A stretch of DNA of 64,000 nt. It comes from a virus. Where the stretch lies: the IMG/VR virus record IMGVR_UViG_3300028925_012913, positions 5,267 through 69,266 of that record. One strand, written 5' to 3'. Both the position numbers and the translations under genes were made by a program. The notes beneath the pieces were generated by a model. That model searched no databases. It saw only the letters and a list, made by a program, of their open reading frames with translations, and was not told the DNA's origin. Below, piece by piece: positions 8,192-17,464 of this stretch; positions within the stretch are counted from its first letter, which is position 1; each line of letters starts with the position of its first letter.

Positions 8192-9155
8192 AGACTCTAA
8201 AATACTTATAACTGGCGGTCAGGGCTTTATTGGAATGAGGCTTGGTTCTTTTCTTTCTAGGGCTGGATTCTCTAACGTCTATTCTATGGCGGGTACAAGA
8301 CAAGGTTTAGATCTTGGCAATGACGCTATGTTGGGTTGGTCATTTGATATGAATCCCGATGTAGTTGTTCATTTAGCAACTCGCCTTCCAACAAAAGAAA
8401 ACTGTCTAGATTATCCAGCAGGAACGATGTATGAAAACTTATTCGTTACATGTAAAGTTATAGAAGAAGCTAGACTTAGCGGATGTAAAAAGTTTATTAG
8501 TATTTGGGAATCTTCTTGCTATCCAGAAAGAGAAATCTTACCGTACAAAGAATCTGATATGTGGGATGGCCCTCCTTATTGGTCACAGAGATATTATGGA
8601 AACTGTGCTAGAGTATTGATGGAGCTTAATATGGCTTTTAGTACTCAGTTTGATGATTTCACGGCAATCAACTTAGTATTCCCCGAAGTGTATGGGCCGG
8701 GAAGTGGATTCAATCCTAGAAAGAATAATGTAATTGAATCCATTATTTCAAACGTTAGAGCTTCACAAGACGCAGGAGTGGCTTTAAAAGTTCAAGGGTC
8801 TAAAAAATCAAGCAGGGATTTTCTTTATATTGACGATGCAGTTAATGCTATTTATTCAGCTATAAATCCTTCAGTTGGATCTAATACTTATAACATATCT
8901 GAAGGTATTGATTACAGTATTAAGAGTTTACACGAAATGGTTTCTGAATTATCTAAATGCGAAAAAGAAATAATCTGGGAAGAAACCCAACAGGACATTA
9001 AACAAAGGTCATGTTTAAACATATCGCTAGCTAAAAAGGAATTAGGATGGGAACCCAAGACTTCAATCAAAGAAGGCTTAACTAAAACTTTACAGTGGCA
9101 TGACAACAACTTAATTGCAAAGTATATATCTCCTGACTCAATACTATCACGATGA
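8184..9155 (+). CDS. Extended SDR, GDP-fucose-synthase-like, degenerate active site
   Basis: ITGGQGFIG, VVHLA, VYGPG, RDFLYIDD, LGWEPK; YxxxK is YGNCA. Confidence 0.75.
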   Translation: MNKDSKILITGGQGFIGMRLGSFLSRAGFSNVYSMAGTRQGLDLGNDAMLGWSFDMNPDVVVHLATRLPTKENCLDYPAGTMYENLFVTCKVIEEARLSGCKKFISIWESSCYPEREILPYKESDMWDGPPYWSQRYYGNCARVLMELNMAFSTQFDDFTAINLVFPEVYGPGSGFNPRKNNVIESIISNVRASQDAGVALKVQGSKKSSRDFLYIDDAVNAIYSAINPSVGSNTYNISEGIDYSIKSLHEMVSELSKCEKEIIWEETQQDIKQRSCLNISLAKKELGWEPKTSIKEGLTKTLQWHDNNLIAKYISPDSILSR

Positions 9156-10036
9156 TAACCGCAATAATTCTATCTAAAGACAAAGCAGTCCAGCTTGAAC
9201 TTCTAATAAAAAGTATTCAAAAAAACGCTAAGAACTTATTTGATATAAAAGTCATATACGAATGTTCAAATGGAGTGTTTAAACAGGGGTATGATAAGTT
9301 AAAAGAAGATATCTTTTACAAAAACAGGCACGGTTTAGACTTTCCGGTCAGATGGTACACAAGAGACGATGACAACCTTAGTGAAGATATCATTAGTCAA
9401 ATCAACGACGATAGAGATTTGACATGCGTTTTAAATGATGAGAATGTATTCTTTAATTCTCCGCCTTCTTACAAAGATATACTAGCCTTATTTAAAGAGA
9501 AACCAATAACCGCTTTTTCTATGCGGATTGGCAACAATACAATAATCCAAAACGCTTATAGCATTAACGATTATTTTATACATAAGCCTGATGAATTCGA
9601 TTTTATCTTAGGTAAATTTATTGTGTGGGATGGATCTACTATAAAACCGTTTACAAATTTTGGTATACCGTTTTCTAACAACGGACATATATACACAAGC
9701 AAGCTTCTAAAATACATATTGCAAAAAACTAATATTAAATCTATAGACAGTTTTGAAAAAGATCTACAAGACAATTTACACATGGGTGAATTTGGGGGAC
9801 TAATACCTCCTTATATGGCATGTTTAGAGAACAGTGTTGTTATTAATAATTCTTCAAATAAAATTTCGGACAAAGAGAATGTCGGTTTTGGAAATTCAAA
9901 CTACGAACTAAACGAACGATATCTATCTGGTCTTACTATAGACTATGATTTTTTTAACTTTGAACACGTATCAAAACCCTTTCAAGATTTTATAACAAGG
10001 TTTCATCGTGAAGATTATATGCAGTACGGTCGTTAG
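9152..10036 (+). CDS. Putative GT-A-fold glycosyltransferase-like protein
   Basis: N-terminal IILSKDKAVQLELLIKSI, FSMRIG, PFSNNGHIY resemble a phage GT-like family; context. Confidence 0.45.
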   Translation: MITAIILSKDKAVQLELLIKSIQKNAKNLFDIKVIYECSNGVFKQGYDKLKEDIFYKNRHGLDFPVRWYTRDDDNLSEDIISQINDDRDLTCVLNDENVFFNSPPSYKDILALFKEKPITAFSMRIGNNTIIQNAYSINDYFIHKPDEFDFILGKFIVWDGSTIKPFTNFGIPFSNNGHIYTSKLLKYILQKTNIKSIDSFEKDLQDNLHMGEFGGLIPPYMACLENSVVINNSSNKISDKENVGFGNSNYELNERYLSGLTIDYDFFNFEHVSKPFQDFITRFHREDYMQYGR

Positions 10037-10928
10037 GGCGGCTAAACAAGGTGGTATACACGGAGGTTTGTATGTCATAGATACAGATACAGAAGAGGTT
10101 ATTCATCATGCCCCATATGAAAAAGATTTTATCAACGATAATGAGAGAGGCGGGGAACGAGGTCTTCGTGGCATTTCTGTTCTTAGTGACCGGATTATCG
10201 TTACTGACTCTGCTGGCTTTATTGAATTAGATAAAAACACATTTCAAATAAAGCGAACTTATCAAGATAGAGATTACTTTAAAAGCATTCACGAAATAGC
10301 TGTTCATGAAGACCACCTATGGGTTACTTCTACTGCTTATGATGCTATTGTAAAAGTGGACTTAGACTTTAATACAAAAGGTTTTTGGAAGCTTGTTGGT
10401 AGAGATACCCCTTCTGCAAAAAAGCTTACTGGTAAAGAAGAAATAACCTCTGAAACAAAAACAGAAGACGACGACTACCATATAAATTCTATTTCTGTTT
10501 ATGGTAACAAACTTAGAATCGCTGGGTTACTTACTCCCCTTTATGATTTTGAAACCATGAAAGAGGTTTCTCCGATCCCACTAAATAAATCATACAAGAA
10601 TAGTTTTGTTCATAATTTTTATGAGTATGAAAATATGTTTGTGGCGAATCTAACTACTTTTAGTAGTATTGGTATATTCCGCAAAGGAGGATCTTTTGGA
10701 TGGGATATTATCGATATACCACGTTCCAAGAATGTTACCTATCAAGTAGACGACATAGCTGTAAACAATTGGAATAGAGGTCTTGCTATACAAGAAGGTA
10801 AAATTATTATCGGTTCGTCTCCAGCAAGATTATTAATTTACGATATTAAACGAAAAGAATTCGAAAAAGAAATCGTTTTGGAAAAAGACATAAGACACGC
10901 AATTCACGGATTGGAGATTTTAGAATGA
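10008..10928 (+). CDS. Beta-propeller-like hypothetical protein
   Basis: Repeated blade-like motifs (LRGISV, IHEIAV, HINSISV, NRGLAI). Confidence 0.5.
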   Translation: MKIICSTVVRAAKQGGIHGGLYVIDTDTEEVIHHAPYEKDFINDNERGGERGLRGISVLSDRIIVTDSAGFIELDKNTFQIKRTYQDRDYFKSIHEIAVHEDHLWVTSTAYDAIVKVDLDFNTKGFWKLVGRDTPSAKKLTGKEEITSETKTEDDDYHINSISVYGNKLRIAGLLTPLYDFETMKEVSPIPLNKSYKNSFVHNFYEYENMFVANLTTFSSIGIFRKGGSFGWDIIDIPRSKNVTYQVDDIAVNNWNRGLAIQEGKIIIGSSPARLLIYDIKRKEFEKEIVLEKDIRHAIHGLEILE

Positions 10929-11134
10929 GTTTTAACGAAGAACTGGCCACAAAAAATAAGGCCGAAAAATTAAATATTTCTGGTAATAGTTGGGCATGGG
11001 TATTGCCAGAAATTCAGAATGGTCGTAAAATGATAGCCTATGCTCAAAACAATGATTTGGTCTGGGTTCACCCAGAATATAAAGATGGGCAAGACAGTAA
11101 GAAACAAAAGCAAAAAAGACAAAAAACGTCTTAA
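10925..11134 (+). CDS. Hypothetical protein
   Basis: 69-aa ORF with ATGA overlap. Confidence 0.55.
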   Translation: MSFNEELATKNKAEKLNISGNSWAWVLPEIQNGRKMIAYAQNNDLVWVHPEYKDGQDSKKQKQKRQKTS

Positions 11135-11189
11135 GAACGAGCGCAAATCAAGATTAGAAAGACGAAACAGGTCGTCTGAAGCCAGTTGA
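11085..11189 (+). CDS. Very basic 34-aa peptide (not in ORF track)
   Basis: MGKTVRNKSKKDKKRLKNERKSRLERRNRSSEAS*, translated by hand. Confidence 0.4.
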   Translation: MGKTVRNKSKKDKKRLKNERKSRLERRNRSSEAS

Positions 11190-11269
11190 TCTTGGATTAC
11201 CTCAAGATGGTATTACTTGAACGGACTGATAGTCTCTAAACAAAATCAAAAGCAGAGACAATTGTTCTA

Positions 11270-11279
11270 GTGTATAATA
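11270..11279 (+). promoter_or_regulatory. GTGTATAATA putative phage promoter motif upstream of the nrdA leader
   Basis: Third exact copy of the motif. Confidence 0.65.
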
Positions 11280-11280
11280 T

Positions 11281-11431
11281 CATGTCGGAATTTAAACAAG
11301 CTTTTAGTAGAGCTAGAACGACACTTTTTCGACATGCCATTGTTGCACCAAGATGGTAGTTTAATCTTATTGAGTAATTCAAAATTAACCCTTAACAAAC
11401 ATCTTGGTAAAACTGTGTCGTTCTTTTTTTT
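11281..11431 (+). ncRNA. Candidate structured 5' leader RNA of nrdA
   Basis: Three complementary pairs: 11281-11289/11328-11336, 11315-11324/11415-11424 (perfect 10 bp), 11347-11355/11400-11408 (perfect 9 bp), ending in T8. Confidence 0.5.
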
Positions 11432-11455
11432 CTATTAAAAACAATTGGATTTAGT

Positions 11456-13918
11456 ATGACTTCAGGTATTAAAGTTAAGAAGCGTAATGGACGGCTAGAA
11501 GAAATAAACTTAGACAAGGTAAACAAATGTGTAGAAAGGGCTTGCAAAAATCTAGATGACGTATCTGTCAGCGAAGTGGTATTAGACGCAAGCCTACAAC
11601 TCTACAATAAAATAACCACTTCTGAAATAGACATAGCTCTAATTATGTCTGCACGGGCAAAGATTGAAAAAGAGCCTAACTATAATTACGTAGCCTCTCG
11701 ATTACTATTAAATAGTCTATACAAAGAAGTATTCGGAGAAGGTGTTGATAGCGACTCTTTCGGTGTTCAGTATAAAAAGTCTTTCATTCAGAATATAAAG
11801 TCTTTAGTAAAAGTTGATAGACTTGATGAGGCTTTGTTAGAGTATGATTTAGATCTTCTCTCAGAACATTTAGAACAACCTAGAGATGGCCGGTTTAAAT
11901 ATCTTGGTATCCAAACCTTATATGATAGATACTTTATTCATATTGAAGGCCGAAGAATGGAAACTCCTCAAGCTTTCTATATGAGAGTTGCAATGGGGCT
12001 TTGTTTAAAAGAAAAAAACAAAGAAGAACGAGCTATAGAAATGTATAACATGATGTCTGAATTCAGATACTCACCGTCTACTCCCACATTGTTCAATAGT
12101 GGCACTTGTCATTCTCAACTATCTTCTTGTTACCTTAGTACTGTAGACGACTCTATTGATGGAATATTTGGAACCATTCATGGCCAAGCTAGACTATCAA
12201 AATACGCTGGAGGACTTGGCGTAGACTGGAGTTCTGTTCGCTCTACTGGTTCTTATATCAAAGGGACTAACGGAGAATCTTCTGGGTTAATTCCGTGGCT
12301 TAAGATATTCAACGACACCCTAGTTGGGGTAAATCAGGGCGGAAAGAGAAAAGGCGCTGGTTGTGCTTACTTAGAGGTTTGGCATCTTGATGTTGAAGAT
12401 TTTCTTGAATTAAGAAAGAACACAGGTGATGAAAGACGTAGATGTCATGACATGAATACTGCCTTGTGGGTGTGTGATGAGTTCATGGATGCTTCTGCAA
12501 AGAGTAAAGACTGGTATTTATTTGATCCTTCTGAATGTCCAGAGCTACATGAAACCTATGGAAAAGAATTCTCTAAGGTTTATAAAAAATATAAGAAGAT
12601 GGCAAACAATGGAGATATTAAAAATTTCCGTATTATGAACGCCAAAGATCTTTGGAAGAAGATGCTTAAGTCTTTGTATGAAACAGGACATCCGTGGATT
12701 ACTTTTAAAGACCCTTCCAATATTAGATATAGTAACAAGCATGAAGGAGTGGTTCATTCTTCTAATCTATGCACAGAGATTCTTTTACATACAAAGCCAA
12801 CCATTTATAAAGATGGAGAAGTTGAAGAAACAGGAGAGACTGCCGTATGCAACCTCGCAAGTATCAACCTTGAAAACCATGTTAAGATTCGAACTATTGA
12901 TTGGAAAAAATTACAGCAAACTGTAGAGGTTGCTGTCAGAGGGCTGGATAATGTTATTGATTTAAATTTCTATCCTACTAGAGAAGCCCACCAATCTAAT
13001 GTTCGTCATCGTCCAGTTGGTCTTGGAGTCATGGGAACTCATGGATTACTTCATAAGCTGAACATTGATTACGATTCTAAAGATTCTGTTGTTTTATGCG
13101 GCAAGGTTCAAGAATTTATTTCTTACCACGCAATCCTTACTTCTTCTAAACTAGCTAAAGAAAAAGGGGCTTATTGGTCATACGAAGGTTCAGAATGGAG
13201 TTATGGTAATTTACCAATTGATACATACTGTAGATTAATGAACGATAGGCTTCCTGAGCATCCAAAAGGTGGTAACGATAATCATCACCAAATAAAAGAC
13301 CACGAGACTTTAGAGTGGGATAAAGTTCGAGAACATATACAAGAATACGGAATGCGCAACTCAAACGTAATGGCTATTGCTCCCACCGCGACTATTTCTT
13401 ATATACAGGGATGCTCTCAATCAATAGAGCCTGACTATTCCGTACTATTTGTTTATTCTACCCTGAGTGGTGAATTCACAATGATTAATGAGCATTTTGT
13501 AAACATGGCAAAAAAGAAAGACATATGGTGTCAAGAGCTAATCAACGCTTTGAAAACAGCCGATGGTGACGTTATGTCTATCGACCTTCCAGAAGACATG
13601 CAAAGAGAATTTAAAACAGCTTTTGATGTTAGTGCAGAGACATTAATTGAAGCTGCGGCAGAAAGACAGAAATGGATTGACATGGGAGAGTCATTTAACC
13701 TATACAATAAAGGCACAAGTCTTAAATATCTCAATGACATTTACACATACGCTTGGGAGCAAGGCTTAAAGACTACGTATTATTTACGAAGCAAAGCTGC
13801 AACAAGGCTTGAAAAGTCAACCGTGGACGCCCCTAAAGAAGATTCAAGCGACATAACTGAACAATATCTTGAAAAAGCCTGCTTAATCACAGACCCAGAT
13901 TGCGAAAGCTGTCAATGA
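11456..13918 (+). CDS. nrdA: Ribonucleotide reductase class I alpha subunit with N-terminal ATP cone
   Basis: VKKRNG ATP cone, SPSTPTLFNSG, QLSSCY, SNLCTEI, VCNLAS, IAPTATIS, KTTYYLR, C-terminal CESCQ. Confidence 0.97.
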   Translation: MTSGIKVKKRNGRLEEINLDKVNKCVERACKNLDDVSVSEVVLDASLQLYNKITTSEIDIALIMSARAKIEKEPNYNYVASRLLLNSLYKEVFGEGVDSDSFGVQYKKSFIQNIKSLVKVDRLDEALLEYDLDLLSEHLEQPRDGRFKYLGIQTLYDRYFIHIEGRRMETPQAFYMRVAMGLCLKEKNKEERAIEMYNMMSEFRYSPSTPTLFNSGTCHSQLSSCYLSTVDDSIDGIFGTIHGQARLSKYAGGLGVDWSSVRSTGSYIKGTNGESSGLIPWLKIFNDTLVGVNQGGKRKGAGCAYLEVWHLDVEDFLELRKNTGDERRRCHDMNTALWVCDEFMDASAKSKDWYLFDPSECPELHETYGKEFSKVYKKYKKMANNGDIKNFRIMNAKDLWKKMLKSLYETGHPWITFKDPSNIRYSNKHEGVVHSSNLCTEILLHTKPTIYKDGEVEETGETAVCNLASINLENHVKIRTIDWKKLQQTVEVAVRGLDNVIDLNFYPTREAHQSNVRHRPVGLGVMGTHGLLHKLNIDYDSKDSVVLCGKVQEFISYHAILTSSKLAKEKGAYWSYEGSEWSYGNLPIDTYCRLMNDRLPEHPKGGNDNHHQIKDHETLEWDKVREHIQEYGMRNSNVMAIAPTATISYIQGCSQSIEPDYSVLFVYSTLSGEFTMINEHFVNMAKKKDIWCQELINALKTADGDVMSIDLPEDMQREFKTAFDVSAETLIEAAAERQKWIDMGESFNLYNKGTSLKYLNDIYTYAWEQGLKTTYYLRSKAATRLEKSTVDAPKEDSSDITEQYLEKACLITDPDCESCQ

Positions 13919-14052
13919 TATTTCAAGAGTATAGACAGTCAGCAACCTCGCCGTTAAAATATATAGTTGAACTAACGCCTGAGGAATTGGAAAGAGTAAA
14001 AGACCTGTTGTTTCAAATGATTAAAAGAATAAAAAAAGATGAAAAAAACTAA
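13915..14052 (+). CDS. 45-aa hypothetical protein between nrdA and nrdB (not in ORF track)
   Basis: MIFQEYRQSATSPLKYIVELTPEELERVKDLLFQMIKRIKKDEKN*; ATGA overlap with nrdA stop and overlap with nrdB start. Confidence 0.55.
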   Translation: MIFQEYRQSATSPLKYIVELTPEELERVKDLLFQMIKRIKKDEKN

Positions 14053-15046
14053 AGAAATTATTTCGGATAAAGTAGCCGCAGTTAATCAGATACTTCCTCA
14101 TACCAATAAATGGGCGTGGGATTTATTCATAGACGGAGCAGCTAATAACTGGATGCCTACAGAGATATCTATGGCTAAAGATATAGAGCAGTGGAGGGGA
14201 GATTCTTTAACTGAAGATGAAAAATTAGTAATCAAAAGATCTTTAGGTTTCTTCGCTGGTTCAGAATCCCTAGTTGCTAACAATCTATTACTAAGTGTTT
14301 TCAAGTTTGTTACTGACCCAGAGTGCCGCCAATACATTTTAAGGCAAGCATACGAAGAAAGTTTGCACAATCTTACGGTAGTATATTGCTGTGACTCTCT
14401 TGGATTAGATATTGAAGAGGTTTATGAAGCCTACAGTTCTGTACCAAGCATCAAAGCGAAAGATGTTTTCTTAATGAACATCTGCACGGACATTAATCGT
14501 GTGGATTTTAATATCAATACATTAGAAGGAAAAAGAGAGTTCTTACGTAACTTAATCACGTACTATGTTATATGCGAGGGAATATTCTTCTTTTCCGGTT
14601 TTGCCATGCTTCTTTCTTTTAATAGACAGAATAAATTGCCCGGAGTTGGAGAACAGATTCAGTACACATTAAGAGATGAGAGTTTGCATATCAAATTTGG
14701 TATTAAACTAATAAATAGAATAAGAGAAGACAATCCAAAAATATGGACTAAAGCGTTTGAAAAAGAAACGCTCGATCATATCGACAAGGCTATGGAACTT
14801 GAACTCGACTATGCCAGAGATGTTTTACCAAATGGTATACTCGGACTTAACTCCGAAATGTTTATTGATTATGTTCAATATATAGCTAACCGTAGGCTTG
14901 AAAGTCTTAATCTTCCTAGTCAATATGAAGATACAAAGAACCCGTTCCCATGGATGAGTGAAATTATCGATCTAGAAAAATGCAAAAACTTCTTTGAGAC
15001 TCGCGTAACAGAATATGCGGTCGGAAATATAGAGGACGATTTTTGA
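14039..15046 (+). CDS. nrdB: Ribonucleotide reductase beta subunit, class Ic (R2c)-type signature
   Basis: FFAGSESLV, EESLHNLTV, EGIFFFSGF, RDESLH, NFFETRVTEY. Confidence 0.95.
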   Translation: MKKTKEIISDKVAAVNQILPHTNKWAWDLFIDGAANNWMPTEISMAKDIEQWRGDSLTEDEKLVIKRSLGFFAGSESLVANNLLLSVFKFVTDPECRQYILRQAYEESLHNLTVVYCCDSLGLDIEEVYEAYSSVPSIKAKDVFLMNICTDINRVDFNINTLEGKREFLRNLITYYVICEGIFFFSGFAMLLSFNRQNKLPGVGEQIQYTLRDESLHIKFGIKLINRIREDNPKIWTKAFEKETLDHIDKAMELELDYARDVLPNGILGLNSEMFIDYVQYIANRRLESLNLPSQYEDTKNPFPWMSEIIDLEKCKNFFETRVTEYAVGNIEDDF

Positions 15047-15471
15047 TGACCCAATTCTTTGAGGTTAAGAAACTAACAGAAACAGCACACCTGCCAGAAA
15101 AAGCACACACTGAAGACGCTGGTTGGGATTTATACGCTGACGAAGACATTGTGTTAGACAGCCTTGAAACAAAATTAGTGTCAACAGGGATAGCTCTAGC
15201 TCTTCCTAGCGGCTACGCTGGCTTAATCTGGGATAGATCATCAATGGGCGTTAAAGGCATCCATAGGCATGCTGGAGTTATTGACTCTGGTTATCGTGGT
15301 GAAGTTAAAGTTGCTCTTAAAAATACTCACGATGAAGTATACAATGTCTCCAAGGGAGATAGAATAGCGCAATTATTAATACAAGAAACCCCCAAATTTA
15401 TACTACAGCAAGTAGATGAACTAAGCGATGCGGTTAGGGGGACTGATGGATTTGGTTCAACGGGTAAATAA
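15043..15471 (+). CDS. dut: Trimeric dUTPase
   Basis: AGWDL, DRSS, GVIDSGYRGE, GDRIAQL, RGTDGFGSTG. Confidence 0.97.
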   Translation: MMTQFFEVKKLTETAHLPEKAHTEDAGWDLYADEDIVLDSLETKLVSTGIALALPSGYAGLIWDRSSMGVKGIHRHAGVIDSGYRGEVKVALKNTHDEVYNVSKGDRIAQLLIQETPKFILQQVDELSDAVRGTDGFGSTGK

Positions 15472-16164
15472 ATGACCTCCAAAAGAAAACCTAAAGAAGC
15501 AGGGCATACAAAAAGAAGAAAGTCTTTAAAAGCTAAGACTAAAAATCAAGAGCTATATATGGGTGCAATAGAATGTAATGATGTTACTCTTTGCACAGGG
15601 CCTGCTGGCACGGGTAAAACAGCAGTTTCAGTAGGTATTGCTTGTGACTATTTGCTTGATGGAAGAGTTGATAAGATTGTAGTTACTAGACCTGTTATTG
15701 AAGCAGGAAGAGGTTTAGGTTTTCTTCCCGGAACCTTTGAAGAAAAGATACACCCATACCTTGTTCCAGTATTAGAAGAGATGGAATATAGACTGAACTC
15801 TAGTAGAGTACAAGCGTATAGAGATGAGGGGAAAATTGAAGTATGCCCTTTAGAATATATGAGAGGGCGAAATTTTCATAAATGCTTTATGATATTAGAT
15901 GAAGCCCAAAACGCTACATTTGAACAGCTAAAAATGTTTATAACCAGAATTGGCTGGGATTCTAAAGCCGTCATAAATGGAGATATGGATCAAACAGACT
16001 TGATGCAGTCCGAACAAGGAGGACTTGACAAGTTGTTGTACCGACTAGATGAAGTCGATGGGGTTGGTATTGCGGAACTGACAGAAGATGATATAATTAG
16101 AAATAAGATTATCTCAAGAATTTTAAATGCCCTTCACGACCAACCTGTAAAATATTACGAATAA
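15472..16164 (+). CDS. phoH: PhoH-family ATPase
   Basis: GPAGTGKT, LGFLPG, YMRGR, ILDEAQN, GDMDQTDL. Confidence 0.95.
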   Translation: MTSKRKPKEAGHTKRRKSLKAKTKNQELYMGAIECNDVTLCTGPAGTGKTAVSVGIACDYLLDGRVDKIVVTRPVIEAGRGLGFLPGTFEEKIHPYLVPVLEEMEYRLNSSRVQAYRDEGKIEVCPLEYMRGRNFHKCFMILDEAQNATFEQLKMFITRIGWDSKAVINGDMDQTDLMQSEQGGLDKLLYRLDEVDGVGIAELTEDDIIRNKIISRILNALHDQPVKYYE

Positions 16165-16526
16165 TGCCAGCTTACGATTACGAATGTCAAGACTGTAGCC
16201 ATGAATTTGAACAATTTCATGGATTTAATGATACTCCATCTCCTTGCGAAAAGTGTAATAGCAAGAGTGTAGAGATTATAGTTAATAAAGCTCCTATTGG
16301 ATTTGTTAAAGGCGAACCGACTACTTTAGGTCAGTTGGCTGAGAGCAACACCAAGAACATGGGACGTTATGAGCTAGAGGCAAAAAGAGCCAAACAAGAA
16401 AAGGGCAACTTAAAGGATAAGAAACCTAAAGAATGGTGGCGAAAATCTGGAAGCGCCTCGGAAAAAGAAATTGGAAAAATGTCCAAAGATCAAAAGACTA
16501 AGTATATACGAGATGGAAAATCCTAA
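16164..16526 (+). CDS. FmdB-family zinc-ribbon protein
   Basis: MPAYDYECQDCSHEFE...CEKC. Confidence 0.8.
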   Translation: MPAYDYECQDCSHEFEQFHGFNDTPSPCEKCNSKSVEIIVNKAPIGFVKGEPTTLGQLAESNTKNMGRYELEAKRAKQEKGNLKDKKPKEWWRKSGSASEKEIGKMSKDQKTKYIRDGKS

Positions 16527-16798
16527 TGGCAGAAGACAAAAAAATATTAGATGTATCAGACTTTGAAGAGGTTAATATATCGTGTGCAGATTGTGAAAAA
16601 CAATTACTACAAATGGTAAAGGTTGAAAAAACTGATACAGAATTTGAGATAACTGCTAATTGTCCTTATTGTAATGGTTCTAGCTGGGCTAATCAATTAA
16701 AAGGTCGTTATTATCAAAACCCATCTGATGGATTAGGTCTTGATGACATGATAGAAAAAGACGGAAATTTTGTTCTAGATATGAAAAAAATAAAATGA
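16526..16798 (+). CDS. Zinc-ribbon hypothetical protein
   Basis: CADC...CPYC. Confidence 0.65.
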   Translation: MAEDKKILDVSDFEEVNISCADCEKQLLQMVKVEKTDTEFEITANCPYCNGSSWANQLKGRYYQNPSDGLGLDDMIEKDGNFVLDMKKIK

Positions 16799-17148
16799 CA
16801 GATGACATAAGTGAATTCTTAACTCCTGATTCGGTATCTTACGAGTACTATAGCGAAGATGCCAAGATTCTTACAAAAGACGAAGACGTAGGAAAAGCCT
16901 GTGCTTATATAGTAACCCATGACAAAGGGTCAGAAGAAGATGCTACTGTAAATAAAAAGTTCCATTACATAAAAGTTCTTAGAGGTCATTTGTTTGATCC
17001 CCAAGGAATGGACTCTAATAAGATTAACTCAATACATGTAAAGTTTGATAAAGTGAGCGAGAAAACTTTTGAACATTACACTAAATATTTAGTAGGTAAA
17101 AAAAGTAATGAATTTACTTGGGCTGAAAGGGAATACACCAATGGCTAA
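16795..17148 (+). CDS. Hypothetical protein
   Basis: 117-aa ORF coupled to neighbours. Confidence 0.65.
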   Translation: MTDDISEFLTPDSVSYEYYSEDAKILTKDEDVGKACAYIVTHDKGSEEDATVNKKFHYIKVLRGHLFDPQGMDSNKINSIHVKFDKVSEKTFEHYTKYLVGKKSNEFTWAEREYTNG

Positions 17149-17464
17149 AAAAACTGGAAAGCTAACAAAAATAGAGAAGTTCTATATTGAGAATAACTCT
17201 GAAAAAGACGCTGATGAAATGGCAACGGATTTGAATAGAACAAAATCCGCAGTAAGCAAGCATATAAAATCCATGCATGATACTGGCCATGTTTCAGAAG
17301 CTAAAGACCCTTCTTCTCAAGTTGGAGACTTAATGGGTCACAAAGATAGCAGAGGTGTAACTATCATGACGCCAGCAGCTTCTCAGCTCTCTGATGAGAC
17401 TAAGTCCAAGTCTAAATCTGCATCTAGACATGAAAACGCTATTCATATCATAAAGAAAAAATGA
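17141..17464 (+). CDS. Putative HTH DNA-binding protein
   Basis: DEMATDLNRTKSAVSKHI HTH-like; ATG at 17141 within ORF 17108..17464. Confidence 0.55.
   Translation: MAKKTGKLTKIEKFYIENNSEKDADEMATDLNRTKSAVSKHIKSMHDTGHVSEAKDPSSQVGDLMGHKDSRGVTIMTPAASQLSDETKSKSKSASRHENAIHIIKKK

Noticed and set aside
11160-11431. Hammerhead or HDV-like ribozyme upstream of nrdA
   Set aside because: CTGATAG does not match the CUGANGA core in a proper stem context; the HDV-like helix order lacks the required P3/L3 element
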